DNA from: Frankiales bacterium
Lineage (GTDB): Bacteria > Actinomycetota > Actinomycetes > JAWWOL01
DNA length: 52,956 bases
Direction: 5' to 3'
Assembly (NCBI GenBank): GCA_033851655.1
Contig: JAWWOM010000146.1
Location: 1 to 52,956 of the forward strand
The translations under genes and the position numbers were made by a program. The notes beneath the pieces are model-generated. The model searched no databases. It was not told the DNA's origin and was given only the letters and a program-made list of their open reading frames with translations. Of this stretch, positions 18,483 through 27,118 are shown piece after piece. How positions within the stretch are numbered: position 1 is the stretch's first letter; every line of letters starts with the position of its first letter.

Positions 18483-18492
18483 CGGGGCACCG

Positions 18493-19227
18493 TCACCGGA
18501 ACACGGTCTCGAACCGGCGCTCGAACCGGGCCAGGACGTGTGGCGGCAGGATCGCCGCGTCGCCGGCGCCGGCGCCGATCGGGGCGGTCTGGCTGACGAA
18601 CCTGGTCAGTGCCAGCCGCTTTCGGGCAACGGCCACGTCGTCGAGTGCCACGACGGCCGCCCGCTGCCACGGCACCCGATCGTCCCCGGGCCGGGCCCAG
18701 TGCCAGCTCCACACCGGGAACTCGAAGAGCCGCGCGCCGACCTGCCGGCAGGCAGCGGCGGCGGCCCTGCCGACGGCTTCGTGGTCCGGATGCCCGTCAC
18801 CACGCCAGGTCGCGAAGCACCAGTCACCGGCGCGGAGCAGCCGGGCGAGCGTGCGGGCGAGGTCGGGCTCTGCGACCTGGCCGTCCGGCTGGCGCAGCCG
18901 CAACCGCGACCCCGGGTCCAGCGCCAGGTCGGCCAGGGCCCTCAGGGACTCGCCGGTCCGTTGCTCGGACAGCGCCGCTCGCTCGACCGCTGCTGAGCCG
19001 GGGTGCGAGGCTTCGCCGTCGGTGACAGCGACCACGACCACGGCGACGCCCCCGGCGCTGAGTGAGGCCAGGATGCCGCCCACGCCCAGGACCTCGTCGT
19101 CAGGGTGAGGCGCAACCACGACGGCCCTCGGGCATTCCGAGAGGTCCAGCTGGGGCCAGGTGCCGAGGTCCTGCCAGCCCAGCCAGGTCGCCTCGTCGGT
19201 CCCGCGACCTTCGATCGCCGTCACCAC
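18493..19227 (-). CDS. PIG-L/LmbE-family N-deacetylase
   Basis: VAPHPDDEVLG, VTDGEASH, DGHPDHEA, FVSQ. Confidence 0.93.
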   Translation of the reverse strand: MVTAIEGRGTDEATWLGWQDLGTWPQLDLSECPRAVVVAPHPDDEVLGVGGILASLSAGGVAVVVVAVTDGEASHPGSAAVERAALSEQRTGESLRALADLALDPGSRLRLRQPDGQVAEPDLARTLARLLRAGDWCFATWRGDGHPDHEAVGRAAAAACRQVGARLFEFPVWSWHWARPGDDRVPWQRAAVVALDDVAVARKRLALTRFVSQTAPIGAGAGDAAILPPHVLARFERRFETVFR

Positions 19228-20144
19228 GACGGCCCGTTCTTGGCCACGTCCGCCCCCACGGCTTCGAGGTCGCGCTCTGCGTGGTGCTGGCGGAGATAGA
19301 CGGACAGGTCGCCGGCCCGGCGGGCATGGTCAGCGTCGTGGCACAGCGGTCCGGCGCCGAGCGCGCGGCCGACCCGGGTCAGCACCTCAGCCGCGCTGTC
19401 CGCGACGAACGCCCGCAACCGCTGCGCTCGCAGTGGGGCCAGACCCTGCGGGTCCGCAGGCGCGGAGTCGATGGCGGCCGCGGCCTGCTCGAGCATGGCC
19501 TGGCCGGCGCTGAGCAGGACGTCCACGGCGCCGAGGTGGGCCAGCGCCGAGTCGCCCAGCTCGCGCTGCTGAGCGGCCGCGGCGAGAGCACGGGCGACGC
19601 CGACGGCTCCGCCGTACCAGCAGGCCGCGACGCCCATGCCGCCGTACCAGAATCCGGGCCGGTTCAGGTAGCCGCCGGGAGCTCCGACGGGTCGCCCCTC
19701 GGCGTCGTCGAACTGCACGTCGAGGCTGTCGCTCGCGGCCATCCCGACCGCGTGCCAGGTGCCCTCGACCGGAGCAGCGCCCGGCTGGTCCATCGCGACG
19801 GCGAACAGCCGGATCCCGTCGTGGGCATCGGCGACCACGAGTGCCCGGTCCACCGTGTGTGCCCCTGAGCAGTAGGGCATCCGCCCGGTCAGCCGCCACC
19901 CGCGGTCGTCGAGCTGGGCGGCGACCCGCTGTCCCGGTGGTCGGGCGGCCCAGACTGCCCACTGGTGCTGGGTCTCAGGCGTGGGGCCGGACAGCTCGGC
20001 GAGGATCGCCCTGGCGTCGGCGTCGCCCTCTGCCAGCCGTACGGCGACCAGGTCGCGGGAGGCGAGCTCGGCGAAGGCAGCCCACCTGAGCGCCGTTCGC
20101 CCGGACGCCGGCAGCGGCAGATCGGGCGGGAAGAGGACCGGCAT
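19221..20144 (-). CDS. Short acyl-CoA dehydrogenase-like flavoprotein
   Basis: RLAEGDADA, YCSGA, WHAVGMAAS.S..V.F, GRALGAGPL, DLSVYLRQHHAERDL. Confidence 0.85.
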   Translation of the reverse strand: MPVLFPPDLPLPASGRTALRWAAFAELASRDLVAVRLAEGDADARAILAELSGPTPETQHQWAVWAARPPGQRVAAQLDDRGWRLTGRMPYCSGAHTVDRALVVADAHDGIRLFAVAMDQPGAAPVEGTWHAVGMAASDSLDVQFDDAEGRPVGAPGGYLNRPGFWYGGMGVAACWYGGAVGVARALAAAAQQRELGDSALAHLGAVDVLLSAGQAMLEQAAAAIDSAPADPQGLAPLRAQRLRAFVADSAAEVLTRVGRALGAGPLCHDADHARRAGDLSVYLRQHHAERDLEAVGADVAKNGPSW

Positions 20145-20147
20145 GGG

Positions 20148-21035
20148 TCAGCCGGCTCCCTCGAGCAGGACGTGCAGCCGACCCTGGACCAGCCGGGTCC
20201 GGAACACCGGCTGCGGTGCCGTCGCAGGGCCGTGCACCACGGCGCCGTCGCGCAGCCGGAAGGTGCTGCCGTGCCACGGGCAGGCGATGCAGTCCTCGCC
20301 GCGCTCGACGCGCAGGTCACCGCCCGCCAGCGGGCCGTCGAGGTGGCTGCACCGGCCGGCCAGGACGTCGGCCCGGCCGCCCTTGCGGACCACCATCAGG
20401 TTGACCTCACCCAGCCGACGGCTGACCGGCTTGCCTTCGGGCAGGTCGTCGATCGCACCGATGTCGTGCCAGCCAGGGTCGGTGAGGTGCGGCACGAACT
20501 CGGCATGGTTGGTACCCGCCGACTGGCGGTAGGCCAGGTGGCCGCCGAGATAGCTGCCGAGGCCGGCGGTCGCGTAGCCGGCCCAGCCGAGCAGCTTGCC
20601 GAGCAGCCGGTTCCCGCGCCGGCGGGCGACCAACGAGGAGGCGTAGAGGACCCCGCCGGTGATGTTGGAGGCTGCATGGACCAGGGCCACCCGTTGCTGC
20701 TGCTCGTGCAGGTCCGAGAAGTCGGTCCACCCGGTGACGACCGCCGGGACGAGGCCGACCAGGCCGACCCCGATCAGCACGTCAGGGGTCGTACCGGAGC
20801 CGGGCAGCGCGTCCAGGATCGCCGCGGAGGTCCACGCGCCCACCGGCACCTGCACCAGGACCGGATGAAGTGGATGGCCGAGCCACACGCCGTGCAGCAC
20901 GTCCTTGACCGGGGTGGGCAGTGCGGCATGGACGATCGAGGTGATCTTGGTGGCGACCGGGTCGAGCCCGGCAGCGTTCTCCAGCGCGTCCAGGGACATG
21001 GCGCTCCTGTGCCCCGGCTGGGCCGCGTTAGTCAC
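20148..21035 (-). CDS. DUF2231 membrane domain + Rieske [2Fe-2S] protein
   Basis: WLGHPLHP, LGGHLAY, Rieske CSHLDGPL...CPWHGSTF; start 21035 (GTGA overlap) or 20999. Confidence 0.9.
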   Translation of the reverse strand: MTNAAQPGHRSAMSLDALENAAGLDPVATKITSIVHAALPTPVKDVLHGVWLGHPLHPVLVQVPVGAWTSAAILDALPGSGTTPDVLIGVGLVGLVPAVVTGWTDFSDLHEQQQRVALVHAASNITGGVLYASSLVARRRGNRLLGKLLGWAGYATAGLGSYLGGHLAYRQSAGTNHAEFVPHLTDPGWHDIGAIDDLPEGKPVSRRLGEVNLMVVRKGGRADVLAGRCSHLDGPLAGGDLRVERGEDCIACPWHGSTFRLRDGAVVHGPATAPQPVFRTRLVQGRLHVLLEGAG

Positions 21036-21772
21036 GTCGGTTCGACCAGCTCGACCAGGGACGCCTCAAGGTGGCGCAGCGCGCTCGCGAAGCCTCGAGG
21101 CGCCCGGCCGCGGGCCCTTGCCGACGTGCTCACCGGCAGGTCGGTCGCCCAGGTGACCGTCACCCCTGCTGACCGGGCCGCGGCGACGAGGGCCACGTCC
21201 TCGTCGGCACGCAGCTGGGCGAACCCGCCCAGCGACCGGTACAGCTCGCCGGACAGGCTCAGGTTGGCGCCGTGCACGTGCCCATGCCCGTCCGGGTGGC
21301 GCGGCCGGGCGTATCGCTCCGCGTACCGGACTCGCAGGGCAGCCGACCAGCCGGCCCAGCCGTCGATGGTCACCGTTCCCGCGATCAGGGTCGCTCCGGT
21401 CCTGGCATGGTCCAGCTGGCGGACCAGCCACTGCTGGCAGACCGCTGAGTCGGCGTCCGTCGTCGCCAGCCACAGCTCCTCGGCCGGATGGCGGTCGAGC
21501 AGGTAGCCCACGCCGGTCGCGCGGGCGGCGCCGACCGATCCGGCCGTGCTGTGCAGCACCGTCAGCGGCAGGTCCAGCCGGCCGCCGACCTCCTCCGCGA
21601 CCTCGGCCGAGTGGTCGGTACACGCGTCGAGCACCAGCACCAACTCGCAGGGCAGGTCTACGTGGGACACGGCGACCGCGAGCGCCTCGAGGCAACGCGG
21701 CAGGAAAGCCTGCTCGTCGCGCGCGGGCACCACCACCCCGACGTGCATGTACGGGTCTCCGTCCTGGCACAC
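21032..21772 (-). CDS. GT2-family glycosyltransferase
   Basis: VVVPARDE, VLDACTD, VGAARA.G, TTDADS, HVHGANL, GGF...DEDV, TSAR..GRA..GF; start 21772 or 21748. Confidence 0.9.
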   Translation of the reverse strand: MCQDGDPYMHVGVVVPARDEQAFLPRCLEALAVAVSHVDLPCELVLVLDACTDHSAEVAEEVGGRLDLPLTVLHSTAGSVGAARATGVGYLLDRHPAEELWLATTDADSAVCQQWLVRQLDHARTGATLIAGTVTIDGWAGWSAALRVRYAERYARPRHPDGHGHVHGANLSLSGELYRSLGGFAQLRADEDVALVAAARSAGVTVTWATDLPVSTSARARGRAPRGFASALRHLEASLVELVEPT

Positions 21773-21803
21773 GGTTCCGCCGCCGTCGCGGGTGGCCGAA
21801 GAC

Positions 21804-21828
21804 CTGCCCCACGCATCAGCCGGGTAAC
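21804..21828 (-). promoter_or_regulatory. Possible SigB/SigF-type promoter of the GT2-NodS operon
   Basis: Minus strand GTTA-N15-GGGCAG. Confidence 0.35.
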
Positions 21829-21882
21829 CGTTCAGGGCGTCGCAGAGGGGTCAGTCGGCGCTCCAGCGGGCAAACCGCGCTC

Positions 21883-22287
21883 ATGAGCACTGACTCCACG
21901 CAGGGTCCCACCGTCCCCAAGCCCAACGACGCCGACCGGCTGCGCTCCCTGTTGGACGCCCATGCCGCAGGCGGCCGTCCCTCCGGCGGAACCTCCGAGC
22001 TCCGCTCACGGCTGACCAGCGAGCTCATCGGGTCACAGGTCACGCTGCCCGACGCGGTGCCACTCTGGCACCACCTGCACCGCGGCGGCCGCGAGCTGGA
22101 ACGGGTCCCGTACGACGGTGCCGCCCTGATCGTCCACAACGTCGAGCCGGCCGGGTCCAGCTTCCTGGTCCACAGCGAGGACGGTCAGCCGCACTCCAGG
22201 CGAGGACCGGCGATGACGTTCCGTCGCCCTGAGGACCTCGCGCACGAGGACCTGTTGGTCGTGTTCTCCACCGACCTCGACTGCTAG
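21883..22287 (+). CDS. Hypothetical protein
   Basis: Fills the gap with normal high-GC codon pattern; no recognised motif. Confidence 0.6.
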   Translation: MSTDSTQGPTVPKPNDADRLRSLLDAHAAGGRPSGGTSELRSRLTSELIGSQVTLPDAVPLWHHLHRGGRELERVPYDGAALIVHNVEPAGSSFLVHSEDGQPHSRRGPAMTFRRPEDLAHEDLLVVFSTDLDC

Positions 22288-22320
22288 CGCAGGCCCGCCG
22301 ATGGGCTAGGGTTCGGGATC

Positions 22321-23160
22321 ATGACGGACGTCCTGCGGTACGCGGCTTTCACCTCCCACCCCGCCGGAGGCAACCCGGCCGGAGTGGTCCTGGACGCCGC
22401 CGATCTGGATGCGGCGACCATGCAGGCGATCGCCGCCGAGGTCGGCTACTCCGAGACGGCGTTCCTGGTCCGGTCGACCGAGGGCGGCTACGACGTCCGC
22501 TACTTCGCGCCCACGTCGGAGGTGCCGTTCTGCGGCCACGCGACCATCGCCGCCGCCGTCGCGCTGGCCGATCGCGGGGCGCCGGCCGACCTGCTCTTCC
22601 GTACCCCGTCGGGCGACGTGGCGGTGAGCACCGCGGCCGCGGACGGGCGGCGCTCGGCCATGTTGACCAGCGTCGCGCCGCAGCTGGAGCTGGTCGCCGA
22701 CGAGACGGTCGAGGAGGTGCTGGCCGCCCTCGGCTGGGCCGTCGCCGACCTCGACCCCGCACTGCCGCCGATGACGGCGTACGCCGGGGCCCGGCACCTC
22801 GTGCTGGCCGTCGCCAGCCGGGAACGCCTGGCGGCACTGGACTACGACTTCGACCGGCTGCTCGCGGTGATGACGGGACACCGCTGGGTGACGGTGCTGC
22901 TGGCCTGGCGGGCCGACCCGCTCACCTATCACGTACGCAACCCGTTCCCGACCGGCGGTGTGGTCGAGGATCCCGCCACCGGAGCTGCGGCTGCTGCCTT
23001 CGGTGCCTACCTGCGCTCGCTGCGTGCGGTCACGCCGCCCGCGCGGATCGTGCTGCACCAAGGTGACGACATGGGCCGCCCGTCACTGATCGTCGTGGAC
23101 ATCCCCTCGGGGGACCACACCGGCATCGATGTCACCGGCACCGCCGTGCCGATGGACTAG
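22321..23160 (+). CDS. PhzF-family isomerase/epimerase
   Basis: AFT...GGNPAGVV, YSETAF, EVPFCGHATIA, EDPATGAAA, QG..MGRPS. Confidence 0.93.
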   Translation: MTDVLRYAAFTSHPAGGNPAGVVLDAADLDAATMQAIAAEVGYSETAFLVRSTEGGYDVRYFAPTSEVPFCGHATIAAAVALADRGAPADLLFRTPSGDVAVSTAAADGRRSAMLTSVAPQLELVADETVEEVLAALGWAVADLDPALPPMTAYAGARHLVLAVASRERLAALDYDFDRLLAVMTGHRWVTVLLAWRADPLTYHVRNPFPTGGVVEDPATGAAAAAFGAYLRSLRAVTPPARIVLHQGDDMGRPSLIVVDIPSGDHTGIDVTGTAVPMD

Positions 23161-24570
23161 CTAGGGCGCGTTCTTGTGGTGGCCGAAGAAGGACCTGGCG
23201 ATGATCAGGTCGGCCACCGCCGGCGGGACCATGTGCTCCCACTCGTGGTCCCCGCTGGCAATGCGGCGCAGCACGTCGCGGCTGAGGATCGGCAGGTAGT
23301 CGGGCCGGTAGTTGTCCAGGTTGACGAAGCTGCCCCGGCGGGCCAGGTAGTCGAACAACGGTTGCAGCTCCGGCTTGACGGTCAGGTCGTCGACGGTGAC
23401 CGTCGTCTGCTCCGAGAGGTGGAGCATCGGGTAGACGTACAGCTTGAGGTCGTTCTTGAACAGCCGGCCGAAGCTCTCGAGGATGCCGCCGGGGCGCTGG
23501 ACGTGGTTGGCTTCGTCGAACATGTCGATGAGGCTCGGCACACCCATCACGATGCCGATCCGCTCGGAGGTCCGCGCCTGGAGATAGGCGGCCAGCCGGT
23601 TGTACTCGAAGTAGTCCGAGATCAGCACGGTCATGCCGCAGGCGGCCAGCAGGTCGGCGCGGGCGAGGAAGTCGCGCCGGTCGACCTCGGAGCCACCGGC
23701 CAGCAGGTTGGCCATGGTGAGCTCGGTGAGGGCGAGCACGGGCTTGCCGGCCACCGCCGGGTCGATCTCGAACTTGGCGCGCGCGCACTCGAGCATGTCG
23801 ATGTTGACCACCGTCGGCGGCCGGAAGCTGCCCCGCTCGACCAGGACGGCGTGCTTGCGCAGCACCTCCGACGGCTGCAGGACGCCGCCGTCAGGACCGA
23901 ACATGGCGACACCGCTCAGCCCGAGCTGTACCAGCTTGAGCGCCATCAGGCGGTTGTCGACCCGTCGGAACTCGATGCCGCGGAAGTGGATCATGTCGAT
24001 CTCGATCCGGCCGGTGGACAGCCGGTCCAGCAGGCTGGCGACCAGCTGGTCCGGCTCGTGCCGCTCGAAGAAGGCAGCGTGCAGCAGGTTGACGCCGACG
24101 ATGCCGAGCGCCTCCTGCTGCAGGTCGGCGCCCTCGTCCAACATCCGCACGTGCATCACGATCTGGTTCGGTTCGTCGAACGGGTGGGCCTGGAACCGCA
24201 CGCCCATCCAGCCGTGGCACTCGTTTCCGCCGGCGAAGCTGCGGGCCACGACAGTGTCGGCGAAGGCGAAGAAACAGGTGTTGTCGCCGCGGCTCTCGCC
24301 GAGCCGGTCGACGTTGAGGTCGAGCTCGTGGTCGAGCATCGCCTCCAGCCGGCCGAGCGAGACGTAGCGGTCCGACTTGCCGTAGACGGCGTCACTGACG
24401 GCCATGTCGTACGCGGACATCGACTTGGCCATGGTCCCCGCTGCCCCACCGGCCCGGAAGAACCAGCGGGCAACCTCCTGGCCGGCGCCGATCTCTGCGA
24501 CGGTGCCGTACCAGCGGGGATCGAGATTGATCCGCAATGCCTTTTGCAGCGTGTCCGCGCCGAGCTCCAT
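23161..24570 (-). CDS. Uncharacterised CinA-like / nucleotidyltransferase-like protein
   Basis: KALRINLD..YGT.AEIGAGQEVARWFF..GGAAGT.AKSMSAYDM..SD.YG; ERGSFRPPT; cytoplasmic composition; start ATG 24570. Confidence 0.75.
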   Translation of the reverse strand: MELGADTLQKALRINLDPRWYGTVAEIGAGQEVARWFFRAGGAAGTMAKSMSAYDMAVSDAVYGKSDRYVSLGRLEAMLDHELDLNVDRLGESRGDNTCFFAFADTVVARSFAGGNECHGWMGVRFQAHPFDEPNQIVMHVRMLDEGADLQQEALGIVGVNLLHAAFFERHEPDQLVASLLDRLSTGRIEIDMIHFRGIEFRRVDNRLMALKLVQLGLSGVAMFGPDGGVLQPSEVLRKHAVLVERGSFRPPTVVNIDMLECARAKFEIDPAVAGKPVLALTELTMANLLAGGSEVDRRDFLARADLLAACGMTVLISDYFEYNRLAAYLQARTSERIGIVMGVPSLIDMFDEANHVQRPGGILESFGRLFKNDLKLYVYPMLHLSEQTTVTVDDLTVKPELQPLFDYLARRGSFVNLDNYRPDYLPILSRDVLRRIASGDHEWEHMVPPAVADLIIARSFFGHHKNAP

Positions 24571-24742
24571 CAAGGCCCACCACCACTTCCTGTTGCGCTT
24601 CCTGCTCTGGTGCCCGGGCGCCTCATCATCCCGTGATCGACCGGCTTTGGCCACGAACTCACGCAATTCGGTGCGACTGCGACATCGACCCGACACATTC
24701 GGGGGCCGTCCGCTACCGCGGGCAGGGGAGACGTAGGCAGCG

Positions 24743-24758
24743 TTAACAGTCGCGAAAC
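24743..24758 (+). promoter_or_regulatory. GlnR-box-like site upstream of GSIII
   Basis: TTAAC-N6-GAAAC (AC-N9-AC), about 100 nt upstream of the start. Confidence 0.6.
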
Positions 24759-24859
24759 CTCCGGGGCCATAGCCGCGCCTACCGTGACCTTGATCGATCG
24801 CGGACTCCCACTGCCCGGCCGTCCGCATCACATGACCGCGGGAACGCAAGGAGTGACAC

Positions 24860-27034
24860 ATGAGTGGTAGTAGCGCTCGCCTGCAAGCCATCGACGCGGT
24901 CAAGGGCTACACGCCTCCGGCCACCAGCTTCGACCTCACCGAGGGGCCCGGTGAGGTCTTCGGCTCGAACGTGTTCAGCAAGGCCGTCATGCAGAAGCGG
25001 CTGCCCAAGAACGTCTACAAGTCCGTCGTTGCCACCATCGAGCACTCGGCGACGCTCGACCCGGCCGTCGCCGACGTCGTCGCTGCGGCGATGAAGGACT
25101 GGGCGATGGAGAAGGGTGCGACCCACTACGCCCACGTCTTCTATCCGCTGACCGGCTTCACCGCGGAGAAGCACGACAGCTTCCTCGAGCCCGGTGGGGA
25201 CGGCCTGGCCATCGCCGAGTTCGCCGGCAAGACGCTCGTGCAGGGCGAGCCCGACGCGTCGAGCTTCCCCAACGGGGGTCTGCGCTCCACGTTCGAGGCA
25301 CGGGGCTACACCGGCTGGGACGTCACGAGCCCGGCCTACGTGCTGGAGAACACCAACGGCAACACGCTCTGCATCCCGACCGTGTTCGTCTCGATGACCG
25401 GCGACGCGCTCGACCACAAGACGCCGCTGCTGCGCTCGCAGCAGGCGATGGCCGCCCAGGCCGAGCGCGTGCTCAAGCTGTTCGGTCACGCCAAGCCGGA
25501 CGCCGTCGTGTCCTTCGCCGGGGCGGAGCAGGAGTACTTCCTGATCGACCGCAGCTTCTTCTTCGCCCGCCCCGACCTGCTCAACTCCGGCCGTACGCTG
25601 TTCGGTGCCAAACCCCCGAAGGGCCAGGAGTTCGACGACCACTACTTCGGCGCGATCCCGGACCGGGTCCTCGGCTACATGCTCGACACCGAGCGTGAGT
25701 TGTTCAAGCTCGGCATCCCGGCCAAGACCCGGCACAACGAGGTCGCCCCGGGGCAGTTCGAGATCGCCCCCATGTTCGAGCGGGCCAACGTCGCCGCCGA
25801 CCACCAGCAGCTGCTGATGGTGACGCTCAAGAAGGTCGCTCACAAGCACGGCATGGAGTGCCTCTTCCACGAGAAGCCGTTCTCCGGCATCAACGGTTCG
25901 GGCAAGCACGTCAACTTCTCCCTCGGCAACGCGACCGAGGGCAATCTGCTGCTGCCAGGGGACACCCCGCACGACAATGCGCAGTTCCTGGTCTTCTGCG
26001 CCGCGGTGATCCGCGCGGTGCACAAGTACGGAGGTCTGCTGCGCGCCTCGGTCGCCTCGGCGACCAACGACCACCGGCTCGGCGCCAACGAGGCTCCGCC
26101 CGCCATCATCTCGATCTTCCTCGGCGACCAGCTCACCGACGTCTTCGACCAGATCGCCAAGGGCGGCGCCACCTCGTCCAAGGAGAGGGGCACGTTGCGC
26201 ATCGGCGTCGACACCCTGCCGGTTCTGCCGACCGACCCGGGCGACCGCAACCGGACGAGCCCGTTCGCCTTCACCGGCAACCGGTTCGAGTTCCGCGCCC
26301 CCGGCTCGCTGCAGTCGATCGCGGGACCGATGGTCACGATCAACACGATCATGGCCGAAGCGCTGGAGTACATCGCCGACGAGCTCGACACGTTGATCGC
26401 CGGCGGTACGGAGTTCAACGCCGCCGTACAGAAGGTGCTCGAGGACATCATCACCATCCACGGCAGCTCGGTGTTCAACGGCGACGGCTACTCCGAGGAC
26501 TGGCAGATCGAGGCGGCCGCGCGCGGTCTGCCCAACCTGAAGACCACGCTGGATGCGCTGCCGGAGCTGATCTCGGCGCCGGCGCTCGAGCTGTTCAGCA
26601 AGTACAACGTCTTCAGCCACCGGGAGATGCACAGCCGCTACGAGATCGCGCTCGAGCAGTACGCACTGAGCATCGGCGTCGAGGCGCGACTGACCTTGGA
26701 GATGGGCCAGACCACGATCCTTCCGGCGGCGGTGCGCTACCAGACGGAGCTGGCGACCAACGTGGCGACGCTGGCGGCGGCCGGGATCGACCCTGACAGG
26801 GACACCTTGAACACGGTGACCGCGGCGGTCACGTCGCTCAAGGAGTCGCTGCTGACCCTGCGCTCCGAGCTGGCCCAGCCCCACGGCTCGCCGTTGCTCG
26901 AGGCGGAGCACGCGCAGGGCGGCCTGTTGCCGGCGATGTTGGACGTACGCCGTGCGGCGGACGAGCTCGAGCACTTCGTCGCCGATGACCTCTGGCCGCT
27001 GCCCACGTACCAGGAAATGCTGTTTATCCTGTAG
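24860..27034 (+). CDS. glnA: Glutamine synthetase type III
   Basis: 724 aa; [103 protein letters not shown]; AAGGAG RBS. Confidence 0.97.
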   Translation: MSGSSARLQAIDAVKGYTPPATSFDLTEGPGEVFGSNVFSKAVMQKRLPKNVYKSVVATIEHSATLDPAVADVVAAAMKDWAMEKGATHYAHVFYPLTGFTAEKHDSFLEPGGDGLAIAEFAGKTLVQGEPDASSFPNGGLRSTFEARGYTGWDVTSPAYVLENTNGNTLCIPTVFVSMTGDALDHKTPLLRSQQAMAAQAERVLKLFGHAKPDAVVSFAGAEQEYFLIDRSFFFARPDLLNSGRTLFGAKPPKGQEFDDHYFGAIPDRVLGYMLDTERELFKLGIPAKTRHNEVAPGQFEIAPMFERANVAADHQQLLMVTLKKVAHKHGMECLFHEKPFSGINGSGKHVNFSLGNATEGNLLLPGDTPHDNAQFLVFCAAVIRAVHKYGGLLRASVASATNDHRLGANEAPPAIISIFLGDQLTDVFDQIAKGGATSSKERGTLRIGVDTLPVLPTDPGDRNRTSPFAFTGNRFEFRAPGSLQSIAGPMVTINTIMAEALEYIADELDTLIAGGTEFNAAVQKVLEDIITIHGSSVFNGDGYSEDWQIEAAARGLPNLKTTLDALPELISAPALELFSKYNVFSHREMHSRYEIALEQYALSIGVEARLTLEMGQTTILPAAVRYQTELATNVATLAAAGIDPDRDTLNTVTAAVTSLKESLLTLRSELAQPHGSPLLEAEHAQGGLLPAMLDVRRAADELEHFVADDLWPLPTYQEMLFIL

Positions 27035-27046
27035 TACCAGCACTCT

Positions 27047-27101
27047 CGCGGCCGGCCCGTACCTGCCCTCCGGGGTGCGTACGGGCCGGCCGCGGCTCTT
27101 T
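27047..27101 (+). terminator. GC-rich hairpin after GSIII
   Basis: Perfect 16-bp inverted repeat CGCGGCCGGCCCGTAC / GTACGGGCCGGCCGCG followed by GCTCTTT. Confidence 0.7.
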
Positions 27102-27118
27102 GCCCGGGGAGGTGCGTC

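Noticed and set aside
22321-23160. Phenazine biosynthesis
   Set aside because: Lone PhzF-family gene with no other phz genes.
24673-24697. Short CGAC repeats spaced 5-6 nt apart upstream of GSIII
   Set aside because: Four 4-mers in high-GC DNA; cannot be distinguished from chance.
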